DNA of 57,576 bases, the filler included, from Sphacelaria rigidula (Eukaryota), in the NCBI GenBank assembly GCA_964200075.2. It is 6 parts of 6 records of this genome, joined end to end, with 100 filler letters (N's around TTAATTAATTAA, not from the genome) between each part and the next. Parts side by side here need not be neighbours in the genome. Positions count along the whole stretch, not along the records: positions 19,227 to 28,739 come from CAXNAA020008323.1; positions 28,840 to 38,352 come from CAXNAA020008324.1; 4 more parts are not named here. One strand, given 5' to 3'. The position numbers were made by a program, and so were the translations under genes. The notes under the pieces were generated by a model. The model worked only from the letters and a program-made list of their open reading frames with translations. It was not told the DNA's origin and made no database searches. Position 1 is the stretch's first letter; every line of letters begins with the position of its first letter. This document shows, in pieces, positions 23,598 through 35,259 of the stretch.

Positions 23598-26559
23598 TTG
23601 TTACATGTAACGAAACGTGGCGTTAATTTGTTTGCCGTGCCAAACGAAACGTGAATGCAACGTAGAATTTTCGAATAAATCGTTAACGTTACGTCACATT
23701 CCCTCAACGTGCCAACGAAACGAATCGTAACGTTAACGTCAACGTTTAATTCTACAAACGTGATGAACGTAACGTGAACGTGTAATGTGTATTATACCTC
23801 TGGAAATTTCTGACTTCGTTCTAGTGTGAATAACGAAATCTGTATCTCCAACAGGAGGAAGCCAGCGGGACAGGTACACTTTTCCGATCACGCCCACACA
23901 TGTTCCAATACAAAGAATACAGCCAGTGCCGCGTGCCCAAACAAACGTACAGCACCAGCTACGCAGTGTGCCGCAGCATCGGGCAGCATCTTGTGGGTTT
24001 TACTGAAGACGAAACAGGCACCTCCCAATCACGTTTTTTCTACAACCAATGCGTATACCGCACTGCTGTGTGCCGACTGTTAGGCTATCACAAAGATACC
24101 ATCGATAGGTCGACTGTTTTGGTGGTGGAACGAGAGATCTCCTGTCTGGCAAAGAACTGGGCGTGTTGAACCTTAGGGCCCTTCGTAACGAAGGGGATTC
24201 CCTTTTCACAACCCCCTTTTGACAGGAGATTGGCCCCATAACGACCAGTCCCGAGTCCTACTATTTGTTCAAAGCTCGAGAATCAAGGATTTTTGAATAG
24301 CGCAACCAAGACTTGAAAAAACCGAAACCAAAACCCCATACCCCAAACCAAGTCCGTCCAGAACAACAAAAAGCGAGACAAAATAAAAAAAATACAGATT
24401 GACTTCACCTGCAACAGCAAACAGCGAACTCGTCGCAGTGGGTACGCAAGCTGTCGGGCTGCCCGGTGACTTTCTGTTTTTGGTTGTTGACCCGCCCTTT
24501 TTTTTTCGGGGCTGGTCAACACTTCCCCCCACTCCCGGGGGAAAAGGGGGGGGAGACTTTTCAAAGCGGACGCAGAAAAAAAAACAGGAGACATTAGACC
24601 GAACAAATCAACAAACCCAACCGAAGCGAAAACAACAAAAAAAGAGGAAGGAAAATGAATACGAGAACCAACCTTTCCACCCTTGTTCCACCCTCTTCCG
24701 AGTAACAGGGCGGCGGGCGGGTGAATTGATTCGAACACGTTCGAGAGCCACCCCTTGTACTGAACTTGATTGTCTTGCACCCGTGAATGTTCGTTGACTT
24801 GCTCAGTATTGACGAACGTGGAGTGTTTTTTGGGCTTGGGAGCTGAACATAACTGAGCGAGGTGGCGTTGCGCCTTTTGTCCTCTCACAGTGACCCGTAC
24901 CATTCTGTTGTGCTGTCATCCGCCACCCCAAGATCCTGATCCTAAAATAAGTCGTCATCTGCCAATACAAACCTCAGATCTATTCGAAATCCTACTAGTA
25001 TCGAGAAGCAGTTTGTAGGCACTGGGCCCACAGATATTATTAATATTATTATTATTATTATTATATCCGTTACATTAGCTCGATCTCTCGAACCCGTGGT
25101 CACAGAGTGCAAGGAGCATACCACCAGTATACCCGTGCCCATAACCGAAACAGCCCGCAGAAGAAGGCAAGATACCATATAGGGGGCACGAATTTTGAGT
25201 GGAAGATTTTTTTATCAGTCAGCGTCTTTGAAAACACCGAAATGCGTTGACCTTTGTTGAATCAGATGAGAGAAACGAGTGGAATATGAGTCGAAAGTAG
25301 GTTTGATTGGCCCACACATTGCGCCGCTGCGAGACAGACAGCTGCTACCATCAATCACGGATACGGCAGCTTCGTGCTGGGTCAGTTTGTTGGCCCCAAC
25401 CTGTACGCACCCACCGTGCGTGTTTTCCCCGATCGCAGCACCCGCCTATAAATGAATTACCAGGGGAGACGCAATAGACAGCTGTATAGTCGTCACGCGA
25501 CGATTGTTTCAATCTTTGGTTGAACAGCACTCTGATCCCACCCCGATTCGGTGCAGACCGAAACAAGTCATCATGCTGCAGCAACTGTTCGGGCACCCTC
25601 CAGCGCACATCGCACCGTGATCGTCGTAGAGTGATCGTCGTGGAGTATTTAGATGCACAACAGCACAGCAACAACTACAGCATAGAGATGATGAGTTCGA
25701 GATGCGCCTTTTCGTTTGACTCGCGACGAAACAGTCAACATTCCATGGATGTTTCAACAGGATGTGGAGAGCACTGCATGCCGACAGCAATGCTTTTCAT
25801 GGAGACGAACGCAATGACAACAATGCAACGCAGGCAGTCCCAGCAGCGGTCAAGCCGTCTTCACAAAGACGATAAGACACGACATCGCAGCGACAGCTAC
25901 AGCACAGGAGGCGTGCATGAGTGTGTCTGTGCTGCGGCACAGTGATACAGGACATGTCCCACGCGATAGTTGTCCCCCTGATTTCGGGTGGGTCCTCGAT
26001 TTTTGCCGGGTTATGGTTTTCAAACGCACGGCTATAATCGCGCTTCGCGCGAAAATATTTGAATTCACGTTGCGTTACCCCTATCTATGGGAGGTGAGTC
26101 GTTTTATACAGATTGGATCCCACGTAAGTAGAGTTGCGAACTGGTTTGGCTAATCAGATGACTGGTTCCAAAAATTACAACCAGTTACAGTCATCAGTTA
26201 AAACTGGATAGCTGGCGGCGAAGCCAGCCGCGACTCCGCCAGCGTTGCCTGGTAAGGTAATGCGGTGGAGTCGTGGAAACGCCCCGCCCCGGGCTGGTGT
26301 GAGGGACCCGCCGGGGGCGCTGCCGGAGGCAAGAAGATTACGCCTGTTCGAGTGATTCAGATACCCAGTAATGCTGGATCTACGTAGAACCGGGGGTCGG
26401 GGTGACGTACGAGTACCGACAGTCAAGTGTGTGCAAATGTGGTACAGTACAGCTGAGAGCAGCGGAGCAGTCCGCCTCCCTTGATCATTCTCATTCGTCT
26501 ACCTCCATCTCATCAGCACTCTCCCAAGTTATAGAAGAACGTGGGTGCTCTTCAATCAA

Positions 26560-26850
26560 AGATCTGACACATTTACCGTGTGCCTGAGCCAAGGAATAAC
26601 GCGAAGTCATGGAAAAACGAAGAGCGCATGGCAAAACACAACAAACGCTCAGCAGTGCTGATTCCTGCCGCTCCAGGCCGAGCAAGTCGGCGCGTGTCGT
26701 AGGGGTAAGCTTGCAAGGACTCTGCGTGTCCCAGGTGGTGGACGTCTCTTTGGCACAGTTTGCCTTGCTGTTTGATCGTGTACTCAAGCGAACGCTGGGA
26801 CCACCTCGGCCTGCGCTCATGATCATGGCCGTTCGTACAGGCTCTCGAAA
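26560..26850 (+). pseudogene. Decayed SWIM-type zinc-finger fragment, probably transposon-derived
   Basis: SCTQANAGTTSACAH followed after a frameshift by MAV resembles CxCxAGxxxxCxHxxAV; stops and frameshifts present. Confidence 0.3.
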
Positions 26851-28085
26851 AACTAATATCACGATGCTGCACTATGCCATACTGTCCGCCGAGTCAAGGC
26901 AAATGTTCACACCCTGGACAATGGACATGGTAATGGTCTATTGCTGCACAAATAGCTACGGTGGTGATCATATCGAGAATAATGATTCCAACATACCCCT
27001 GCCCATATTCATTGCTGGTAACACTGTACTGGGTAATGTTCTCATCGACATATATCTTTACTGGCAATAGTGTGTGAAATATTACACCAATGTGCACTTG
27101 TCGGTAACGATAAATTTCGGTTCATGCCATCGATACGCATCGTTCATGCAAATGGACAATGAAAAAATCATGTCAATATGCATGGCCCTTCGCCATGGAT
27201 TCCGCAAAAAATTACCAAAATAAAATGGTCAGTGACACTGATTTTTCGAAACATTCCATCGATAAACATGGCCAACGGAAATAGAGTTTGGTATTGTCCA
27301 CCGATTTAGACATGGCCGGTAGCGATAGATATTGGACGTTTTCATCAATATGCATGGTCCTTGCCAATAGATTTGAAGGGGTTCCGTCAATCTACACTGC
27401 GGTAAACGGTCACATGCGAGAAAATCGGACACGGTAGTCAATTTCTATGATGATCAATACGGACCGAGACTGATTTCAAGTTGTGGCGACTGATGGCATC
27501 GGCAAAGCACCAACATGATATATTTGTTGTCCATCGCCATTCTCAGGGGCAACAAGCCGTCTAGTGCTACGGGACTTCATCGATATCGAGTGTGTTACAC
27601 CGTCAAAGACACTTGTCGCAGCAGCATCTTTCATGACAACCTGTTTTTAAAGAACTATCACGTTATCAACAAACCATCACCTTACTACAGAATATATCAC
27701 CTTGTGTTGTACCCCAAGTTTACTTATTGTTACAGTTCGAACCTCTCCCCTTCCGCGTGACCAGTCCAGTCTCGAGGGATCAACCCACTTCCCCCCATTA
27801 CAAACCTTGCATGTTGATTCTGCGTATTGGGTCAGCACTTCCGCACCGCGTCAACTCTCGTCAAACAAACTCAGTCAATCACCTCTCGTTCACTCTCGTC
27901 CCAACGCTATCGACGGTAGGAATCAATTATTTTGCAGAAGCTAAACGCATCGGAATTCGAACCCTCGTTATCTCCACCCTTACGGTGACCTCTGGACCGC
28001 CAGGCCGTCACAACCCTGGTTTCCCATTCGAAATGATAATGGGGACCCACACACTGCACATTGGGGTCAGACGAATTCCAACAAG

Positions 28086-28499
28086 CTAATTCGGAACCGC
28101 TCCGTACTCGTTCTCCCACAAAAACTCTTTCTCCTCCCCCATATCATTCTCGGACTCGAGAGAAAAGGTCAACACCTCAACCTCTTCCAGCGTTTTTCTG
28201 TCGGTAAACCGACGTGGCACGGCTTTCGATGCCAGTTCATCCGTTAGCTGTGGGATGTCTACAGGGATGTTGTCGAACTGGCCCCGCAGATACAAGGCCA
28301 TTTCGAGATTGGCAGGGTCAACGCCACCACGCTTGCGGGGCTGAAACATATTCGCAACACAAAAGTCACGCTCCATTACTCCCATGGAGGAAGGTGCACC
28401 AAACACCGCCTGCGCCAGGGACCGAAGGTGAGGCGAGTGTTCTTTGCCGTGGGCCCGCCGATAGTCGACACCGTCCAGTTTCTTCTCCTCTCTCCCGAT
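28086..28499 (-). mobile_element. Terminal exon of a hAT transposase (C-terminal dimerisation domain)
   Basis: ttaCAG acceptor, then an open frame to TAG: IGREEKKLDGVDYRRAHGKEHSPHLRSLAQAVFGAPSSMGVMERDFCVANMFQPRKRGGVDPANLEMALYLR, matching the hATC pattern (WW..YPxLxxLA..PASS..ERxFS..R..L..LE..LFL). Confidence 0.8.
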
Positions 28500-28739
28500 C
28501 TGTAACTTGGAGCGACGAAAACAAATATGAAATTGAACGCGTAGTAGTGGGGTACGGTTCGCTAGCGACCTCCACCCTAGCGTCCTACATTTCTACTGCA
28601 TTCTCACCATGATCACAGTCTGCTTTTTAGTGTGTAATTGAAGTGCTCGGTACATGCATTGGAGTCATCCTACGATAGGGTGGGGGGTATTTAGTTGCAC
28701 GAAAAAAGAGACTCATAAGTGTGTCAGACATCCTTCCAC

Positions 28740-28839
28740 NNNNNNNNNNNNNNNNNNNNNNNNNNNNNNNNNNNNNNNNNNNNTTAATTAATTAANNNNN
28801 NNNNNNNNNNNNNNNNNNNNNNNNNNNNNNNNNNNNNNN
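28740..28839. other. Artificial contig linker
   Basis: Same N44-TTAATTAATTAA-N44 structure. Confidence 0.97.
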
Positions 28840-28899
28840 CAGTACGCACGCCCTGTGCTGTCACGAGACTGTGTTCTGCTGCCGTTGCAAAAATATCAA

Positions 28900-29145
28900 A
28901 CGCCTCGTACTGTGGGAGTGTACGTCAATGCACGTACGTCACCTCAAAAAAATCGGCGGAGTCACGATCTCGGAACGGTTTTCCCCGATTTTTTTGACCC
29001 CGACTTGGTCCAAATCCGTGTCCATAGAATGCGTTCCCCGATTTTTTGGCCCCCTGATTTTGAAAAAATCAAGATTCGTGCTTGCCATACAAGTGGGTCT
29101 TAGATCCGTACAAAATGTGCTTTGCGACAAGGCTCTCATCAGTCG
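28900..29145 (+). repeat. Dispersed repeat end shared with 43480-43785
   Basis: AAAATC(A/G)AGATTCGT..TTGCCATA.AAGTGGGTCT...ATCAGT occurs at both loci. Confidence 0.6.
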
Positions 29146-30079
29146 TTGTGGGGCAATATATTATTCAAAAGTAATCCTTGGAAAAGAACCCCCCTTCGAA
29201 GAGAAACCCTCGTAAGAGTCCGTATTGCCACTTGGTCCAATGACTCTTTGAAGAACTTTCTCGATAAAATGATGCTGACATAACTCTCAGCCTAACGCCA
29301 ACCTGAGCCATACCGTGGACCCTCGGGTGAGGGGGGTGCAGAGGATGCTCTTGGCAGCGTTTGCCTTGGCAAACGTGAAACCGGGGCCTCCAAAGCCAAC
29401 TTGGACCAGCAAGCGTTCTGTGCTCGTTATTGCAGGAGCACTTAGATTTGCCAGCCCGGCGAAGGATCCGAAGATCGTTGTACACAGTGAAATCAAGTAG
29501 GCCGTCACCACTCAGGCTCAGTGGACCCAACCAAGTGTCCAGACACCTGTTCGAGCATGGCTGCAGGCATATGTTGGATTTTAAAAATCAAGCGTTTAAA
29601 TTCCTCATTCGGAAGAGACTGGATCAAATCTCAAATCCAGTGTGAACGATGTCTTTACTGGAAGACAAAATAGAGCGATATTTGCGTTCGCTATTTTTGC
29701 TGACAGATCCGAAGATTCTGTGGTTTTTGCAGCTGTCGTTGGTAATCCAGTGCGCAATTTCACTTGAGACCATTTCTTACGGTTCGAATTTTCGGTAGTA
29801 TTAGGGGAGAGAGAACACGGAAAACTAAAGCTAGAAAACACGACCAGGAATGTTGACCGTTTTTCAGGCCTCCACAAATGCTCCCCGAGGGGTTCAAGGG
29901 CCAGGGCAAAAGACCGGGGGGGGGGAGGGTACTAAGAATGCAATCAGCGGGATTCAAAGAGGTGTGCACGCCAAGGCCGGGTACAAAGAGTTGGAGACTT
30001 GACAGTGCCAAGCTTCCTGTGTTGGTATGCGAACACGTTCAACGTAGACCACCCGCCGATTGCTACTGGCCCAGCCCGT

Positions 30080-30610
30080 GCTATGTGCAAACCGACATCT
30101 TCACCCCACTCTATGCGCAGTGCAGACAGTGTACCTTGCACTGTCTGCGTTACACTTCTCCGTATCATTTTTAATGCAGCCATCAGCCTTTGTATACTAC
30201 TGTCTGCACACTGACATGTGAATGCTATACCGCCGTATGCGGCGGTATGGACAGTACTTTACTGCCCTGTACTGTACTGTCTGTACTGCACGTTGCCCAC
30301 ATCATACCTAGTGTAGCCTCAAAATACCACTGGTGCAAACTGACATCTGCATCCTACTGTAGTATGCGGTGGTACACGCCTTGTACTGTCTGAAACTGCA
30401 CGTTGTCCACATCATTTTCAGTGTAACCGTTGTATACCACTGGGTGCAAACTGACGTCTTCATCCTACTTTTGGATACAGCAGGACACTACAGTACTGTC
30501 TAGTACTGTCTGTATTGCACATTGTCCACATCTCTCACGTTGTCCGCATCGCTTTTGCTACAGCCGCCATTGTGCTATTGTGAGCAAACTGACACCTACA
30601 ACTTCCTACG
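30080..30610. repeat. Degenerate tandem repeat, about 5 units of 110-140 bp
   Basis: GCA(A/C)AC(T/C)GAC anchor at ~30087, 30206, 30335, 30446, 30584, with a recurring TACTGTCTG..CTGCAC.TTG.CCACATC block. Confidence 0.6.
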
Positions 30611-30699
30611 TGGGGCAGCACAGAGAGTACTGTGCTGTGTTGTCTGTGCAGCATATTTTTAACGGTACGGTCGTTGCCAATAGATCATCAACACCTGAC

Positions 30700-31700
30700 A
30701 CTATCCCCGGTGCGCCGGGAGGGCGAGGCAAACACCGTTCTAGTGTGTGACCGGCGCTGGGGATGTTCCGTATTGCTGCCGGGCGAGCCCCGCTGATAAC
30801 GAAGACTGGCACAAACATATTCCACGCGTTTCTCCTTTGGGGTGCGCCGGTGGGCGTTTCCGACATTGCTGTCTTGATTGAAGAATACGAGTGAAATACA
30901 ACTCAATCTCGGCTCGTATTTTCGAACAAATACTAGCCAAAAGGGCTGATCTCGTGAAAGTTTCCTTTTTTGGTGTACCCTTTGTCGGATTTTATGACAA
31001 CACGAACAATGAGGATAGTTCTGGAAATAAGCTATTCATGGAGTGTGTTTTTCGGTCCACCATATTTGGATACACATTGATTCGAAGATAGATTGGTTCT
31101 ACCAGCAGTCTTTGGCACATCTTCACGCCAGTGCAAGGAAGACACGGCAAGGAAATACAACACGTACACTCGAACCCTCAAACAATTACTCAGAGGCATC
31201 TGCCACACACGCGTATCAGTCAGCTGTGTCAAACTATCAATCATCAGTACACGATCTCCTTATATCGAAACAAACTTGTAGGAGATGATGAAATATCGCT
31301 TGTGTCCAACCTCCTCACTTGGGAGCAAGCTGGAGCGAACATTTTCTTCGCCTGATCTGCGAACAGGTTGAATGTTGTGCTTCATGCAGGGGCAGTTGAT
31401 AATCCAGTGGACAACCTCCTCGATGAAAAATGAATATTTATGGTCGCGATCTTTCCCCCTCCCCCCCAAGACCCGCAAAAACCTCCGAGGACGTATTGTC
31501 AGGTGCATCACATCTCCACGGTACCTTTCCCGGATACATGTTCAAAATATGCTGATCTCTAGAGTATGTCGACTCCCCGCTGTGTGCAATTATATATATG
31601 ATGATACCGATACCTTTAGCATCGTTCGTGCTTGGCATATATCGTCGTAACGACATATCCTGTTGTCTCTTGACTCGATACATAACCGTTTACCGGTCGA
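30700..31700 (-). mobile_element. Decayed piggyBac-type (PGBD) transposase relic
   Basis: Ordered motif remnants: YIDR*TVMYR (cf. IDExM..Y/FxGR), RRYMPS..KGIGIIIYIIAHS...NMYPGK (cf. RQYMPxKxxKxGIK..L.DS...YxGK), EEVVHWI, HWRED (cf. WxD), LVFFNQDSNVGNAH (cf. FFxxLDxxVxNAW). Confidence 0.65.
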
Positions 31701-31702
31701 TA

Positions 31703-33201
31703 TATCGTTTCTGTTCTGGAAGGTACGAGTACGTTCTGTAGGGTATACTCACAGAACTGTCGGGTACCGGTATAGCAGTCTTAGAGGAACTACAGGACTT
31801 GTCGGGTACGGTATGGAAGGCTAACAGAAAACTGGTACCGGCAATCCGATAACTCCTTTAGGGCATACCCTCCCCTCGGGTTAGGGTAGAGGTTTTGTAC
31901 AGAACTCACAGAACTGTCGGGTAAGGCTATGGGAGGCTTACATAACTCACCAAAATGGTCGGGTGGGTATGGAGGGTGCACAGAAAACCGCGCCCGCAAC
32001 CGGTTATTTCATCAAGAGCATACCCGTGCCGCCCGGTAACGGTACGGGGGGCTTTCAGAACTCACAGAACTATCGGGTACGGGCATGAAGGTCTTAAAGA
32101 TATCACAGAACAGTCAGTTACCGGTATGTAAATCTTACAGAGTTTACAGAAATGTCCTGTACGGTAAATACCCGGAAAAATACCCCGGGTACACAGAAAA
32201 CCGTACCCTACAGAACACGACATTTGGTATTATCATCCCCCTGTGGTGGGACTGACCGTAACTACACAAAAGTGGCGAAATACGTATGACACTTCACGAA
32301 ACCTCTGGGCGGCTTCACGGGGTTGATGGAGGAAGACTACACGAACAATCGCAGAAGTACATCTGCACAGGATCGTCGACATCTATCGGCTTGCCACTCC
32401 CAGAGAGTACATGAAGGAGCGTTCACGGCTGCACGTTCTCTTTGGAAGACCTTCGGCAGGTGACGAAATAGCTGACGGCCTTCACGACTTTCGGTGCCAG
32501 CTCGTTGTCTATGCCGTACATGTTGATAACGGCCTGGGGTTCGATGACCATGACACAACCACTTATTAACGCCGATGAAGTGCGTCTTGCTACTTGATAC
32601 CCTAATGGCGCAGATGAACCGCCCCTGCTCGAGCCACCACTCGAGTCTGGGGGTGATCTATCTATCTTGACTGTCTGCAGTGCTGCTCATGTTTCGTCAG
32701 ATCCCAAACTACAGAACCTTTCAACATTGAATTATTGTTGGTGTACAGTTCTGAATGAAGGAGTTGGGTGGGTTGATTGATGGGAGGTACATGTTCAGGT
32801 CATGAGAATGTGTTTGGATTGAATCTAGATCCGTGCCTCCCCAATATGTATACCTGCGCTCATACCTGCAATCGGGTATATCTGTAACGGTATACCCTGA
32901 CCCCGGGTAGGTGTATGGGAGGTTTACAGAGCTCACAGAACTGTCGGGTACCGGTACTGGATGAAAGTCTTCAAGAAATTACAGAACTTGTCGTGTACGG
33001 TATGGGAGGGTTGCAGAAAAACGGTACCGGCAATCGGGTATTTACGCAAGAGCATACCCGCGCTCCGGGTACGAGTAATTATTCCGTACAGAACTCACAG
33101 GAGCTGTCGGGTAAGGGTATGGGAGGCTTACAGAACTCACAGGAGCTGTCGGGTAGGGTATGGAGGTTGCACAGAAAACCGTACTCGCAATCACAACCTT
33201 G
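31703..33201 (+). mobile_element. Older copy of the CAAGGTTGTGTTCTG hAT-like composite element
   Basis: Degenerate left TIR, 41-bp CAGAACTGTCGGGTACCGGTATG repeats, internal right end near 32222, block 32780-32920 homologous to 34590-34730, final CACAACCTTG at 33201; no TSD recognisable. Confidence 0.7.
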
Positions 33202-33205
33202 CAGC

Positions 33206-33661
33206 ACAGTGCTGTTGCGCGTAGGGGATACCGACAGCGGCATATCCCACGGTAGACTACAGAGGTATTTGATTCAAAAGTAACCGCAAACACTTCACAC
33301 CCTAGACGGGTCGAAGAATTTACAATGCATGCTCATCCTTTTCCTCGAATACAACACATCTTGGGGTCTTGGTAACAGATATTACTCGTGTGTGATGCAG
33401 TTGGAAGTAATATAGCGGCAATACACATATTGTTCACGTCGTCCAGGCGGAATGGGTTCATGCCGAAATGTGCACAAGATGAAGGCGCTCCCCGAACGTG
33501 TCTTATCATGTGTGGCAATAGATATAAGAGTATGGGTATGTATTGTAAACTGAACGACCCGTCTGGGGTGTAAAGTGTATGCGGTTACTATGGAATCGAA
33601 TACCTCGGTATCTCCCGTGGAATACGCCGCTGTCGGCATCCCCTGCGCGCAACGGCACTGT
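33206..33661. mobile_element. MITE with ~135-bp TIRs
   Basis: ACAGTGCTGTTGCGCGTAGGGGATACCGACAGCGG... pairs with ...CCGCTGTCGGCATCCCCTGCGCGCAACGGCACTGT. Confidence 0.8.
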
Positions 33662-34067
33662 ACCATACCGTACAATACTGTATGTCTTCATAGTGTGAGA
33701 ACGGGTTGAATGCATTGCGACGTCGACAGACGTCACGCGTTCGCATTCCCGAGTGCGACAATGAAGGCGGAAACAAAAGCTTGGAGATAACTCATTTACC
33801 ATACAAGAACATGTTCGACATCAACCGGAGGATAGCGAACACCATTTGCGAAACGTCGGCGTTGTCTGGCTCACCACACCACACAATACAGAAGAGACTA
33901 TTGTTCGATCAACACATATACACCACTTCTGTGCGTCACAGTTATGTGAACCCACCATGCCTTACGGTTCTACCTAAAACCAGTCAGGCGCACGAGCTCT
34001 CTCCATAGGAAAGTTTTAGCCACAAGGAAGCTTCCTCGAGTGTCGGCTAGATCGCCGTCGAAGATTT

Positions 34068-35259
34068 CAAGGTTGTGTTCTGTAAGGTACGAGTACGTTC
34101 TGTAGGGTATGAGATTCCGTACAGAGTTTGCAGAACTGTCGGGTACCGGTATGAACGTCTCACAGAATTTACAGAACTATCGGGTACCGGTATGAAAGTC
34201 TCACAGAGGTTACAGAACTATCGGGTACCGGTATGAAAGTCTTACAGACTTTATAGAACTTGTCGGGTACGGTATGGGAGGCGCCCAGAGAACCGGTACC
34301 AGCAATCGGGTAACTCTTTTCGGGTATACCCGCCCTTCGGGTTCTAGTAAATGTATTGTACAAAACGTACAGAACTATTGGGTAAGGGTATGAAAGTTTT
34401 GCAGAGATTGAAGAACTTCTCAGGTACCGGGATGAAAGTCTTGCAGAGGTTACAGAATTGTCGGGTACGGTACATACTCGGAAAAATACCCCGGGTATAT
34501 AGAGAACCGTACCTTACAGAACACGACCTTCGATGTTTTGTTTTGGGGTGCTGGAATGAATGACAAGGCAAGGTGTGGTGGTAGGAGCTTGGAGGTACAT
34601 GTTCGGGCCATTATATTATGTGTCGATTGAACCTATATCCATACTTCCAGAGGGTATATACCAGTGCTCGTACCTGCGACGGGGTATATCTGCAAGGGTA
34701 TACCCTAACCCCGGGTAAGGATACAGGAAGCTTACCGAGCTTACAGAAATATCGGGTACCGTTATGAACGTCCCACAGAGTTTACACAACTGTCGGGTAC
34801 CGGTATGAAAGTGTTACAGACTTTGCATAACTTGTCGGGTACGGTAGGGGAGGCTCACAGAGAAGCGGTACCGGCAGACGGGTAACTCTTCTCGGGTGTA
34901 CCCGCCCCTCGGGTTCGAGTAAATGTTGTGTACAGAATTTACAGAACTGTCGGGTACCGGTATGAAAATCTTACAGACTTTACAGAACTTGTCGGGTACG
35001 GTATGGGAGGCTTACAGAGAACCGGTACCGGCAATCGGGTAACTATTTTCGGGTACACCAGCCCTTCGGGTTCGGGTAAACGTATTGTACAGAACTTACA
35101 CAGCGATCAAGTAAGGGTATGAAAGTCTTACAGAGATTACAGAAATGTCGGGTACCAGTATGAAAGTCTTACAGAAGTTACAGAACTGTCGGGTACGGTA
35201 CATACCCGGAAAAATACCCCGGGTATACAGAGAACCGTACCTTACAGAACACAACCTTG
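34068..35259 (+). mobile_element. Non-autonomous hAT element with 8-bp TSD GAAGATTT
   Basis: Perfect 24-bp TIR CAAGGTTGTGTTCTGTAAGGTACG / CGTACCTTACAGAACACAACCTTG; GAAGATTT at 34060-34067 and 35260-35267; 41-bp internal repeats; additional internal right end at ~34508-34530. Confidence 0.9.

Noticed and set aside
34100..35240. 41-bp repeats as a CRISPR-like array
   Set aside because: Contiguous tandem subterminal repeats inside a TIR/TSD-bounded hAT element, without spacers.
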